From Acidobacteriota bacterium (lineage in GTDB: Bacteria; Acidobacteriota; Terriglobia; Bryobacterales; Bryobacteraceae): DNA of 61,937 bases. Below, one piece after another: positions 14,048-22,898 of this stretch. The stretch is taken from positions 1 through 61,937 of the forward strand of contig SYLY01000099.1 of the NCBI GenBank assembly GCA_005808475.1, in the 5' to 3' direction. The translations under genes and the position numbers were made by a program. The notes beneath the pieces were generated by a model. The model was given only the letters and a program-made list of their open reading frames with translations, did no database searches and was not told the origin of the DNA. How positions within the stretch are numbered: position 1 is the first letter of the stretch; each line of letters opens with the position of its first letter.

Positions 14048-15054
14048 GCGGCGCCGCCTCGGTGGAGGCGTTGCGTGTGTTGCCGGGCGCGGCGCCCCAG
14101 AAGGCGTTTCGCGATGCCCTGGGCGAGTCGGGTCTGTACCCGTTGCGCGCGACAGGGATCGGCGTGCTGCAGATCAACGTGGGCAAGGTGTGCAATCAGA
14201 CGTGCAAGCACTGCCACGTGGACGCGGGCCCGAACCGGCGCGAATCGATGTCGAGGGAGACCGCCGAGCTGTGCATGCGCGCGCTGGAGCGCACGGCGAT
14301 TCCCGTGGTCGACATCACCGGCGGCGCTCCGGAGATCAACCCGAACTTCCGCTGGCTGGTGGAAAGGTCGAAGTCGCTCGGGCGGCACGTGATGGACCGG
14401 TGCAACCTGACCATCCTGTCGACGGAGCCGCAACGCGATCTGGCGGAGTTCCTGGCGGCCCATGAAGTGGAAGTGGTGGCGAGCTTGCCCTACTTCCAGG
14501 CCCGCGAGACCGACTCCCAGCGCGGCGACGGGGTGTTCGACAAGTCCGTCGAAGCACTGCGCAAGCTGAACTCGCTCGGCTACGGAAAGCCCGGATCGCG
14601 TTTGAAGCTGAACCTCGTTTACAACCCGGTGGGCGCGTTTCTTCCTCCAGCGCAAAAGGCGCTGGAAGCGGACTTCCGCCGGGAACTGCTGCGCCGTCAT
14701 GGCGTGGAGTTCCACTCTCTCTACACGATCACCAACATGCCGATCAGCCGCTTCCTGGATTTCCTGCATGGCAGCGGCAACTACGACCGCTACATGTCGC
14801 GCCTGATCTCGTCCTACAACGCCGGGGCGGCCGCGAGTGTCATGTGCCGCTCCACCTTGTCGGTGGGCTGGGACGGCGCGTTGTACGATTGCGACTTCAA
14901 CCAGATGGTCGAGATGCCGGTGCTCGACGGCCGGGCGCGCCATATTCGCGACTTCGACGAGGCGCTGCTGGCCGGCCGCGAGATCGCCGTGGGGCAGCAC
15001 TGCTACGGCTGCACGGCGGGCGCGGGGTCCAGTTGCACCGGTACGGTGGCATAG
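14044..15054 (+). CDS. arsS: ArsS-like radical SAM / Cys-rich domain protein (arsenosugar biosynthesis radical SAM type)
   Basis: Radical SAM CNQTCKHC (Cx3Cx2C) and a C-terminal Cys-rich tail GQHCYGCTAGAGSSCTG. GTG start at 14044 overlaps the upstream stop (ATGTGA). Confidence 0.75.
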   Translation: MSGAASVEALRVLPGAAPQKAFRDALGESGLYPLRATGIGVLQINVGKVCNQTCKHCHVDAGPNRRESMSRETAELCMRALERTAIPVVDITGGAPEINPNFRWLVERSKSLGRHVMDRCNLTILSTEPQRDLAEFLAAHEVEVVASLPYFQARETDSQRGDGVFDKSVEALRKLNSLGYGKPGSRLKLNLVYNPVGAFLPPAQKALEADFRRELLRRHGVEFHSLYTITNMPISRFLDFLHGSGNYDRYMSRLISSYNAGAAASVMCRSTLSVGWDGALYDCDFNQMVEMPVLDGRARHIRDFDEALLAGREIAVGQHCYGCTAGAGSSCTGTVA

Positions 15055-15074
15055 ACGAACCGCGCCCGCATCAC

Positions 15075-16199
15075 TCACTGCTTCATCGTCACCAGGTTCG
15101 ACAGAAGGCCTTCGAACCCGTTGGCCACCGAGATCGAGCCCACCTTGGCGGCGACCTTCTCGAGAGCCTCCAACTCCTTCATCCGCACCAGCAGCGGGTT
15201 GCCCTCCATGAGCTTGGCCGTGTTCAACAGAGACCGCGTGGCCGCCGTCTCCTCGCGCCGGCGAATCAGGTTGGCTTGCGCTTCCTTCTCCGCCGCCACC
15301 ACACGGTTCAGCATCTCCCGCACCTCGCCCGGCGGCACGATATCCTTCAACGCGATCGATCCGACCTCGATCCCGTATTCGGCCATCGCGCTCCGGACGC
15401 CCGCCGCCACGGCCTCGTCGACATCGGTGCGCTCGGAGAGGACTTCCTCGAGCGTCCGCTTGGCGAGGGTCTGGCGGATGGCGAGTTGCAGTGCACGGTA
15501 GAGGAACTCGGCGAAGTCCTTCACGGATTGCTTCGCCTTCACCGCGTCCTTCACCTGGTAATCGGCGAGGATGTTCACGCGGAGCGACACCTTGTCGCGG
15601 GTCAGGATCTCCTGCCCCGGAACCTCGAGCGTCTGCCGGCGCATGTCCACCGTCTCCACGCGTGGAGATCCGGCGGCGGTCCAGAACGCCCACGTTCCCG
15701 GGCCGAGCGTGCGCGCCACGCGGTTGTCGATGAGCAGCAGCCCCGCCTTTCCCTCGTCGACCACGGCGAACGTGGCCATCGAGAGCCGCCCCAAGCGGGC
15801 CAGCGGGTCGAGCAGCCGCGCGGGAACACCCGGAGCCTCCACGGCGTCGATCACCTCGGTTTCGATGCGTCCGGCGGCCTTCCAGAATAGGACGCGGCTG
15901 GCCGGTCCCACGACGCGGTTCAGCTTGCCGTCCAGCGAGATCACGGCCACTTGACGGTCGTTCGTCTCGACGATGTGGAAGTGCACGGCGGCCGTTTCGG
16001 GCTTCCGCGTGGCGATGAAGTCCGCCCACTCGCTGACGAACGCCGGTTCGGCGAGGTTGTGCCGCTCGATCTCGAAGGGTCCGTCGAGGCCCGCCCACAG
16101 GCGGTACTCGCCGGGTTCGAGAATCGACACGAAGCGGCCTTTCCGGGTAACCAGGATCCGCTCCCGGTCGCCGGCGATGACTTTGGTCCAAAGCAACAT
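15075..16199 (-). CDS. SPFH/band 7 domain protein (slipin/flotillin-like)
   Basis: SPFH core and coiled-coil C-terminus. The long ORF runs to 16406, but the ATG at 16197-16199 is preceded by GGAGGA at -8, so the shorter start is preferred. Confidence 0.75.
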   Translation of the reverse strand: MLLWTKVIAGDRERILVTRKGRFVSILEPGEYRLWAGLDGPFEIERHNLAEPAFVSEWADFIATRKPETAAVHFHIVETNDRQVAVISLDGKLNRVVGPASRVLFWKAAGRIETEVIDAVEAPGVPARLLDPLARLGRLSMATFAVVDEGKAGLLLIDNRVARTLGPGTWAFWTAAGSPRVETVDMRRQTLEVPGQEILTRDKVSLRVNILADYQVKDAVKAKQSVKDFAEFLYRALQLAIRQTLAKRTLEEVLSERTDVDEAVAAGVRSAMAEYGIEVGSIALKDIVPPGEVREMLNRVVAAEKEAQANLIRRREETAATRSLLNTAKLMEGNPLLVRMKELEALEKVAAKVGSISVANGFEGLLSNLVTMKQ

Positions 16200-16452
16200 A
16201 TTCGGTTCCTCCTGGTTCATGATTAGTAATGATTCGTGGTTCATCGCGCCCCGGACCGGGCTTCCTCCACCGCCGGCGCGGGCGGCGGCCAGAGCCGCGA
16301 AACCCACCGGTGGGCCGGTGAAGGATCGCGGCGGTTCGGCCCCGCGCAAGGCGTGGCGGCGGCTGCCCGTTCTCCGCCTTCCACCCGAAATCGAGCGGAA
16401 CGCCAAGAAAAAGCGGGAAACCCCGTCCGGGAACGGTTAGTTGGTCAGGCTT

Positions 16453-16529
16453 TGCCGGCCATGCAGCGGGATTCGAACCCGCAACTGTCGGAGCGAGGCT
16501 CCGATGCTCTATCCGTTGAGCTATGAGAG
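16453..16529 (-). tRNA. tRNA-like gene with aberrant acceptor stem and anticodon loop; identity uncertain
   Basis: Minus-strand read GCGCGGCCTCTCATAGCTCAACGGATAGAGCATCGGAGCCTCGCTCCGACAGTTGCGGGTTCGAATCCCGCTGCATGGCC. Canonical D-arm (TAGCTCAACGGATAGAGC) and T-arm (GCGGG-TTCGAAT-CCCGC). Anticodon stem TCGGA/TCCGA. The acceptor arms CCTCTCA / TGCATGG do not pair well by hand folding, and position 33 is not U. Confidence 0.5.
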
Positions 16530-16672
16530 GCCGCGCACTTCGAGACGCCCATACACGGGAGCCCATTGGGTCCGTGTGGGTAAGGCATGTCGAACCTTAT
16601 CCTTTGGCGAATGAAAGTCATAGCGGTGGCCTCAGGACTTAGTGTAAGGCCATTCGGACGCTTCTGTCAATA

Positions 16673-16706
16673 GGTAGCCCCACTTTTCAGTGGTGCTTTT
16701 TTTGGG
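16673..16706 (+). terminator. rho-independent terminator, plus strand
   Basis: GCCCCACT-tttc-AGTGGTGC stem-loop followed by TTTTTTT. Both flanking genes are on the minus strand. Confidence 0.5.
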
Positions 16707-16735
16707 CGAGTGGGTCCCGCTCCGTCAGTGCTCCG

Positions 16736-18073
16736 TCAACTCTTTGGCAGCACCTTCGATATGTCGTTGTAGAGGACGAACACGACCACGCACATCAGGA
16801 AGACGAATCCGAACTTCATCACGGTTTCCTTGACCTGCATGCTCAGGTCGCGGCGCCAGATCATCTCGATGAACAGCATCAGCATGACGCCGCCGTCGAG
16901 GATCGGAATCGGCAGCAGGTTGAACACAGCCAGATTCAGGCTGACCATCGCCATCAACGCGAAGAAGGCGTCGGCGCCCTCGCGGGCCGCGTCTCCGGAA
17001 AGTTGCGCGATGCGGATCGGTCCCTCGAGCGACTTCGGCGACATGCGCCCCTGGATCATCCGTTCAATGAACGAGAAGATCATGGTCGCGCCCTTGAAGT
17101 TCTGGCTGGCCGATTCGACCAGCGCGTCTCCGAACGAGAGCGCCACATATTGAACCCGTGGTTCCAGCCGCACGCCGATCATGAACACCTTTTGGCCGTC
17201 GGTCTCGCGTTCGGACGGCTGGATCGACGACGTGATCTGTTGGCCGTTCCGCGAGTAGATCACTTCGACCGGCTTGCCCTGGCTGGCGCGCACGATCTCG
17301 CGCAGCCGGTAGGAGGAACGAATCGGTTGGCCGTTGGCGAACAGGAGAATGTCGCCGCGCTGCAGCCCCTTACGCTCGGCGTCCATGCCCTCCTCGACGC
17401 CGCCGATCTGAATCTCGGCCTGTTCGGCCCAGCCGAGCGACCCGACGCCCGCCTTCTGGTCCATTTCCGGTGTGACGGTGAAGGACACCTCCTGTCCGGC
17501 GCGTTCCACGGTGACGTTCATCGGGACGCCGGCGCTCTGGATTTCCTTCATCAGGATGTCTTCCCACTGCGGATTCCGGGCGCCATCGAACGCCACCACG
17601 CGGTCGCCCTCGCGAATCCCCGCCTTGGCCGCCGCCGAATTCGCCATCACCAGGCCGACCGTGCCGTTCGCCGACTCCGGCAGCTTGGGGTACTTCACCA
17701 TGTACAGGCCGGTGAGCAGCGCCACCGCCAGCATGATGTTCATGAACGGCCCGGCGAACGCGATGATCATCCGCTGCCAGCGAGGTTTGGCGAGGAAGGA
17801 TCGCGGATTCGCCGCTTCTTCGGCGCCGGACGGCTTGATCGACTCGCCGATCTGCTCGCCCGCCATCTTCACATAGCCGCCGAACAGGATGGCGCAGATC
17901 TTGAATTCGGTTTCACCCCACTGGAAACCGTACAGCTTGGGTCCGAAGCCGAAGCTGAAAGCCTCCACCCGGACATCGAAGTACCGGGCCGCCCAGTAGT
18001 GTCCCAACTCGTGGATCATGATCATGATCCCGATCAGGACCAAGACCCAACCGATATTCTCGACGATCGTCAT
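16736..18073 (-). CDS. rseP: RIP metalloprotease RseP (site-2 protease)
   Basis: HELGHYWAARYFDV zinc motif, PDZ domain, multi-TM segments. 4-nt overlap with dxr. Confidence 0.9.
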   Translation of the reverse strand: MTIVENIGWVLVLIGIMIMIHELGHYWAARYFDVRVEAFSFGFGPKLYGFQWGETEFKICAILFGGYVKMAGEQIGESIKPSGAEEAANPRSFLAKPRWQRMIIAFAGPFMNIMLAVALLTGLYMVKYPKLPESANGTVGLVMANSAAAKAGIREGDRVVAFDGARNPQWEDILMKEIQSAGVPMNVTVERAGQEVSFTVTPEMDQKAGVGSLGWAEQAEIQIGGVEEGMDAERKGLQRGDILLFANGQPIRSSYRLREIVRASQGKPVEVIYSRNGQQITSSIQPSERETDGQKVFMIGVRLEPRVQYVALSFGDALVESASQNFKGATMIFSFIERMIQGRMSPKSLEGPIRIAQLSGDAAREGADAFFALMAMVSLNLAVFNLLPIPILDGGVMLMLFIEMIWRRDLSMQVKETVMKFGFVFLMCVVVFVLYNDISKVLPKS

Positions 18074-19257
18074 GCAATCACCCCCGCACCCTTTCGACGT
18101 TCCGTTACGATTTGCCGCGCCGCCGCCCTGGACTGGCGGTCGATCTCGAGCACTTCCTCCACCGACTCAGGTTCCCGCGCCGGTGCGCGCTCGAGTGTTT
18201 CGGCCACTACTTCCGCAATACCAGGATACGAAATTTCCCCGCCCAGGAATGCCTCCACCGCCACCTCGTCCGCCGCGTTGAGCGTGCAGGTGGCCGATCC
18301 CCCCGCCCGCAGCGCCTGATAGGCTAGACGCAGGCAGTGGAACTTGGATAGGTCCGGCGGGAAGAATTCCAGTGTGCGCGGCTCCGTCCAGTCCATTCGC
18401 GGAACCAATGCCGACCATCGCTCGGGATACGTCATCGCGTATTGGATCGGCATCCGCATGTCCGTGGTGGAGATCTGCGCCATCAGGCTACCGTCGAGAT
18501 ACTCCACCATCGCATGCACCGACGACGACGGATGAACGACCACGTCGACCTCGTCCGGCGAGAGGCCGAACAGCCAGCAGGCTTCGATCACCTCGAAACC
18601 CTTGTTCATCATGGTGGATGAATCGATCGTGATGCGCTGTCCCATCTTCCAGGTTGGATGCGCGAGAGCCTGCGCGGGAGTCACGTTTGCCAGCTCCTCG
18701 ACGGGCGTGTTGCGGAACGGGCCGCCCGAGGCGGTCAGGATGAGGCGGTGAACCTCGTCCCGCCGGCCGCAGCGAAGCGCCTGGTGCGCGCCGTTGTGCT
18801 CGGAGTCGACCGGGATCAACTCCGTTCCGGCGGCGCGGGCGGCTTCCATCACGAGCTTCCCGGAGGCGACCAGCACTTCCTTGTTGGCCAGGCCGACCTG
18901 CTTGCCGGCGCGAATGGCCTGGTAGGTCGCCTGCAGACCCTCGACTCCCACAATGGCGGAGAGGACGAAGTCGCATTCGGGGGCGGTGGCGGCCGCGACG
19001 CGGTAGGATGGGTCGGTCTCGATCGACGGATGTTCCGATTTCGGGATGTCCAGGCGGGCGATCAGGTCGGCTCGGACCGCATCCGATTCCACCACCACGA
19101 GGTGGGGGCGGAATTCCCGAATCTGAGATGCCAGCAACTCGGCGTTCCGTCCCGCCACGAGAGCGAAGATGGAAAACCTGCCGGGCCAACGCCGGACCAC
19201 GTCCAAGGTGCTGACGCCGATGGAACCGGTTGATCCCAGGAGGGTTAAGCAACGCAT
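18070..19257 (-). CDS. dxr: 1-deoxy-D-xylulose 5-phosphate reductoisomerase
   Basis: N-terminal LGSTGSIGVSTLDVV NADPH-binding motif, 395 aa. Conserved dxr-rseP arrangement. Confidence 0.95.
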   Translation of the reverse strand: MRCLTLLGSTGSIGVSTLDVVRRWPGRFSIFALVAGRNAELLASQIREFRPHLVVVESDAVRADLIARLDIPKSEHPSIETDPSYRVAAATAPECDFVLSAIVGVEGLQATYQAIRAGKQVGLANKEVLVASGKLVMEAARAAGTELIPVDSEHNGAHQALRCGRRDEVHRLILTASGGPFRNTPVEELANVTPAQALAHPTWKMGQRITIDSSTMMNKGFEVIEACWLFGLSPDEVDVVVHPSSSVHAMVEYLDGSLMAQISTTDMRMPIQYAMTYPERWSALVPRMDWTEPRTLEFFPPDLSKFHCLRLAYQALRAGGSATCTLNAADEVAVEAFLGGEISYPGIAEVVAETLERAPAREPESVEEVLEIDRQSRAAARQIVTERRKGAGVIA

Positions 19258-19483
19258 GTGAACGTAGATCCCATCGTATCACGAGCGTTTAGCTGATCCG
19301 AACAGTTGCCGTAGGGCCGCTTGGCCTTTACGCAAGGGAGACCCTTGCGGGCGCCGGGGAGGATTGCTTCAGGGGTCTATTTAGTGAGGTTAGTCTCGCT
19401 TTGGTGGGAGTTGCCTCCCCGGCTTGATTCCAAGTTTAGAATATGTGATTTGGAATTTCAATAGAAATCGGAAGCAATGAACA

Positions 19484-20383
19484 TTAAGATTCCTTAACCT
19501 CCACGCCGACGATCCGCTCGAGCACTTTTACGGTGGCACAAATGTCGGCATCCCCATCCCCGCCGGCGATCGCGGCACGGAACATCTGCTGCGTCAGCGA
19601 GGTCAGCGGCAGCGGCACGCCGAGTTCGTTGGCGGACTCGAGCATCAGCCCGATATCCTTGTGCATCCACTTCACGGAGAAGTTGGTCGAGAAGTCGCGC
19701 CGGAACACGTAGGGGGCTTTGAAGGCGATCAGGCCGCTCTTGGCCGCCGAGTTGTCCAGGATCTCGAGCATCAGCTTGGGGTCGACGCCGGCCTTGGTCG
19801 ACAGCACCAGTCCCTCGTTGAACGCCTGCAGCAGATTCGAGAGGATCAGGTTCTGCGTCAGCTTGGCGTGCATCCCCATGCCGTGGGGGCCGCAATAGTA
19901 GAGGAGCTTGCCCATCGGTTCGAGGAACGGCTTCACACGTTCGAACACTTCCTTCTTCCCGCCGATCATGAAGGTGAGCTTGCCGCCCTCGGCGCCAGGA
20001 CGGGAGCCGGTGCAAGGCGCACCGAGGAAGTCGACGCCCTTGGCTTCGAGCGCCGCCGCGGTGGAGACGTTCGAGGTTGGCGAGACGGTGGACGCGTCGA
20101 CAACGACTCCGCCCGCCTTGATTCCCTCCGCGATGCCGTCAGGGCCGAGGATGGTCTGCTCGGACATCCTGGTGTCGCCGACGCAGAGGAACACGATCTC
20201 GGACTTCTCGCCCACCTCCTTGGGTGACGAGCAGACCGTCACGTTGGCGCCCACTTGGGTGGCCAGCTTCTCGCATTTTTCCTTGGTGTGCGACCAGATG
20301 GCGACGTTGTGGCCGGCCTGAGCCAGGTTGCGGGCCATGGGATAGCCCATGATGCCGAGTCCGATGAATCCGAGGTTTGCCAT
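19484..20383 (-). CDS. NAD(P)-dependent oxidoreductase, 3-hydroxyisobutyrate dehydrogenase family
   Basis: Rossmann start MANLGFIGLGIMGYPMARNL. HIBADH / 2-hydroxy-3-oxopropionate reductase-like length and blocks. Confidence 0.85.
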   Translation of the reverse strand: MANLGFIGLGIMGYPMARNLAQAGHNVAIWSHTKEKCEKLATQVGANVTVCSSPKEVGEKSEIVFLCVGDTRMSEQTILGPDGIAEGIKAGGVVVDASTVSPTSNVSTAAALEAKGVDFLGAPCTGSRPGAEGGKLTFMIGGKKEVFERVKPFLEPMGKLLYYCGPHGMGMHAKLTQNLILSNLLQAFNEGLVLSTKAGVDPKLMLEILDNSAAKSGLIAFKAPYVFRRDFSTNFSVKWMHKDIGLMLESANELGVPLPLTSLTQQMFRAAIAGGDGDADICATVKVLERIVGVEVKES

Positions 20384-20412
20384 AAGGGAACATCATAACC
20401 CGGATCGGCGTT

Positions 20413-21132
20413 ATGATGAAGAGCCGATCCATGACTAGGCCGGCTGGAGTTCACCGTTCGCGCATGAGGTCCCGGTTTCGCGGGCCGGGTTCGGACGGAC
20501 CGGCACCCGCCTGCTTGTGGCGGAAAGGGATCGTGTACCTGGACAAGCGTGGACCGGCGCCGGCGTACTCCATCACCGTCGGCTTCAAGCGGGGCGTTCC
20601 CGCCGGCGAGCCGTTTCGAGACTTTCGCGCGATTTACGACCGGGTTTCGTCCCTGGCTCACGAGCGCGTATCCGAACTGTGCGGGCCCACGTCCGCCCGC
20701 TCGATCGTTTGCCACGGCTGGCACCTGCTCGGTGATGCCGGATCCATCGCGGTGGCCTTCGTCACGCTGACGACGGGCACGCCCGACGGAGTGCGTCCAC
20801 CATCCGGGGAGGAGTTGCTCGCGCCCGGCGGAACCAGCCTCGAGGACCTGGTCCGGCTGTCGCCCCAGCGGGTCAGCGAGTGCTTCAACGAGTTCGACTT
20901 GTCCGATCCGGCGGATGGCTGTCCGGTGACGGTCAGTTTCGCCGAACCGGTCCCGAGCGGCCAGACGGTAGATTTCGAGCCGATCTTGGATCGGGCCGGG
21001 GAGTTCGCGAGGCGATACCACGCAGCGCTCGCGCTAATGGGCGAAGTCCGCTCCCCGTTTCACGTCCGCCATCGCGAGTGGTTTCTCGCCGACCCGGCGC
21101 TGGTCACGGTCCACATTTGCTTCGACTGCTAG
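20413..21132 (+). CDS. hypothetical protein
   Basis: Balanced-composition ORF of up to 239 aa with no recognisable family. The true start is probably downstream of 20413, which sits only 29 bp from the divergent neighbour. Confidence 0.45.
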   Translation: MMKSRSMTRPAGVHRSRMRSRFRGPGSDGPAPACLWRKGIVYLDKRGPAPAYSITVGFKRGVPAGEPFRDFRAIYDRVSSLAHERVSELCGPTSARSIVCHGWHLLGDAGSIAVAFVTLTTGTPDGVRPPSGEELLAPGGTSLEDLVRLSPQRVSECFNEFDLSDPADGCPVTVSFAEPVPSGQTVDFEPILDRAGEFARRYHAALALMGEVRSPFHVRHREWFLADPALVTVHICFDC

Positions 21133-21143
21133 GGAGTTCCATG

Positions 21144-21488
21144 GAGCCAAACCCGGACAAACCAGGACACTTTTTCTTGTCCGGGTTGGTGGAAATTGTA
21201 TGTCTTTGATTATGAACGGGTTGTCGGACTGGCTGTCGGCGCGAACCCGGACAAACCCGGACACCGGAGTCCACTTGGGTCCATCGTGGGGTGGTTGCTG
21301 GAGCGACGCGAACTGGGAGGATTCCGATGAGCCGAACCCGGACAAACCAGGACAGTTTTTCTTGTCCGGGTTGGTGAAAATCGTATGTAGTTGATTATCA
21401 ATGGGTTGCCGGATTGGCTGTCGGCGCGAACCCGGACAAGCCCGGACACCGGAGTCCCCTTGGGTCCGTCGCGGGGTTGTTGATCTCC
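21144..21488. repeat. tandem direct repeat, 2 copies of about 160 bp at 185 bp periodicity, each with an AACCCGGACAA inverted-repeat hairpin
   Basis: Unit 1 (21144-21302) and unit 2 (21329-21488) align at about 90% identity. Each contains AACCCGGACAA-N16-TTGTCCGGGTT (11-bp perfect stem), an AT-rich spacer, then CGAACCCGGACAA(A/G)CCCGGACACCGGAGTCC. Confidence 0.8.
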
Positions 21489-21958
21489 GGCGTCAAATGG
21501 GAGGGGGCCATCCAGACGTAGTAAGGCCGAGCCCGCACCGGGGCATCGGAATCACCACCCGCCAGTGAGTATTCAATTGTCAAAGATCAGGTGCGCCGCG
21601 GAGGCGCTCGAGGACCGCCACTCGCGAGGCCGCCCACGTGCCGATTTTGCTACGGCTGCGTGGGCCGTCAAGGCGTCGACCGCGGTCCCCGGCCTGCAGG
21701 GGCTGTAAGCCGCTGATTCTAGGTAAGATTCAGGCACGACTCTTTTGAGGGTAGGTGGGAACGGCCGGTTTTGGGTCCACCGATTGCCGGGAAGGACGTT
21801 GCCCGTCCTCCGGCATGACCAATATACTTCGCCGCGGACGCAGGCCGCGGCAAAGCGCCGAGCTTCGGTATGGGACTGGGCAACACCGAGATCCTGACGT
21901 TCGCCGTTTCGCGCCGGCAATGCGGCGTCCGCGATCCATGCGAGGAGGAGTCTCGTGG

Positions 21959-22465
21959 CTATGAAGCGGCCGCCGCCTTCGGGATGGTTGCGTTGGTCAA
22001 CTCCTCGAGTTGCGTAAGCATCTTCTTTCGGAGGCCCGGCTTGAAAGCGGGAGTCAGCGCCAACAGGCATGCCGGAAATCCCTTCGCCATCCGAGCCAAC
22101 TCGAGATTCGAGATCACGGGCTCATCGATCTGCCGGACGATCTTGCCGGCGCGAAGGGTGAACTCCGAACGGATGACGTAGTTGACTGTTCTGCCGGGAC
22201 TGGGCGAGTACCGCACCCAGTATTCCGCCAGCACGCGATCGCCCTCGGACTTCACGATCTCGAAGCCTGGAACGTCAATAGGGTCCTTCCGCGTTTCGGT
22301 TGGTTGGCAGAACCAGCGCCACATCGCGCGGACGTAGGCGCCGGTGATGCTTTCGAAGGCCAGATCCCGAAACTCAACTTGCGGATCCAGGCAATCATAC
22401 ATGCCTTCGCAGTCGTGCCTCCGATAGCTGGTAAGGAATGCGGTCACTACTTCTTTATTGGTCAT
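21959..22465 (-). CDS. SnoaL-like / NTF2-like superfamily protein
   Basis: 168 aa from the internal ATG (MTNKEVVTAFLTSYRRHDCEGMYDCLDPQVEFRDL...). The upstream 69 codons of the ORF are Arg/Trp-rich junk. Confidence 0.65.
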   Translation of the reverse strand: MTNKEVVTAFLTSYRRHDCEGMYDCLDPQVEFRDLAFESITGAYVRAMWRWFCQPTETRKDPIDVPGFEIVKSEGDRVLAEYWVRYSPSPGRTVNYVIRSEFTLRAGKIVRQIDEPVISNLELARMAKGFPACLLALTPAFKPGLRKKMLTQLEELTNATIPKAAAAS

Positions 22466-22481
22466 GGTGCGTCTCCCTGAT

Positions 22482-22898
22482 TCAAAGCGTCGCGCCGGCC
22501 GCGCGCCGTGCTTCCTCGGGACCGCTTGGCGGACGCGGAATCGCCGCGAGGTCTTCGTCAATGGCCACGCTCGCGAGAGCCGTCCCCGTGAACTCCTCGC
22601 CCCCCAGCACGAACACCACGGCGAACACCGAGGCCAGATAGACACCGCTGTGAACCGGCGCCTCGTCGTCATATCGCGCCAGTTGCGCGTGGAATGCTTC
22701 GCCGTCGCGAGTGACGGCGGTCACCGGCAGAGTTCGGGACGCCGGGGCGAGTAACTGCACCCGCATCGCACCGGGAACGATGGCGCTGAAGCTGTTCCCG
22801 CTGTCGCTTTGCGCGGTGAAGAGAATCTCGTTGGGTAGCCGGTTGCGCCAGCATCCGGGGTCGCCGGTGAAGGCGTGAAGGATCATCGCGGTTCTCAT
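22482..22898 (-). CDS. hypothetical protein
   Basis: About 139 aa from the internal ATG (MRTAMILHAFTGDPGCW...). Good composition, unknown family. 17 bp from the NTF2-like gene. Confidence 0.45.
   Translation of the reverse strand: MRTAMILHAFTGDPGCWRNRLPNEILFTAQSDSGNSFSAIVPGAMRVQLLAPASRTLPVTAVTRDGEAFHAQLARYDDEAPVHSGVYLASVFAVVFVLGGEEFTGTALASVAIDEDLAAIPRPPSGPEEARRAAGATL

Noticed and set aside
13963-16566. 867-aa minus-strand ORF
   Set aside because: It is extremely Arg/Gly/Pro-rich and antisense to the ArsS-like gene. The only real minus-strand gene inside it is the SPFH protein at 15075..16199, in a different frame.
20880-21394. Short peptides repeated within the tandem units (MEPNPDKPGHFFLSGLVEIVCL / EPNPDKPGQFFLSGLVKIVCS)
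   Set aside because: Substitutions between copies show no synonymous bias, and unit 2 carries an immediate stop (ATGTAG) in the other conserved frame. Treated as noncoding repeat sequence.
21144-21488. Possibility that the tandem repeat is a CRISPR array
   Set aside because: Only two units. The unit length (about 160 bp, 185-bp period) is far larger than CRISPR repeats, no spacer-like unique segments alternate with short repeats, and no cas genes are present. No CRISPR array was seen anywhere in the window.
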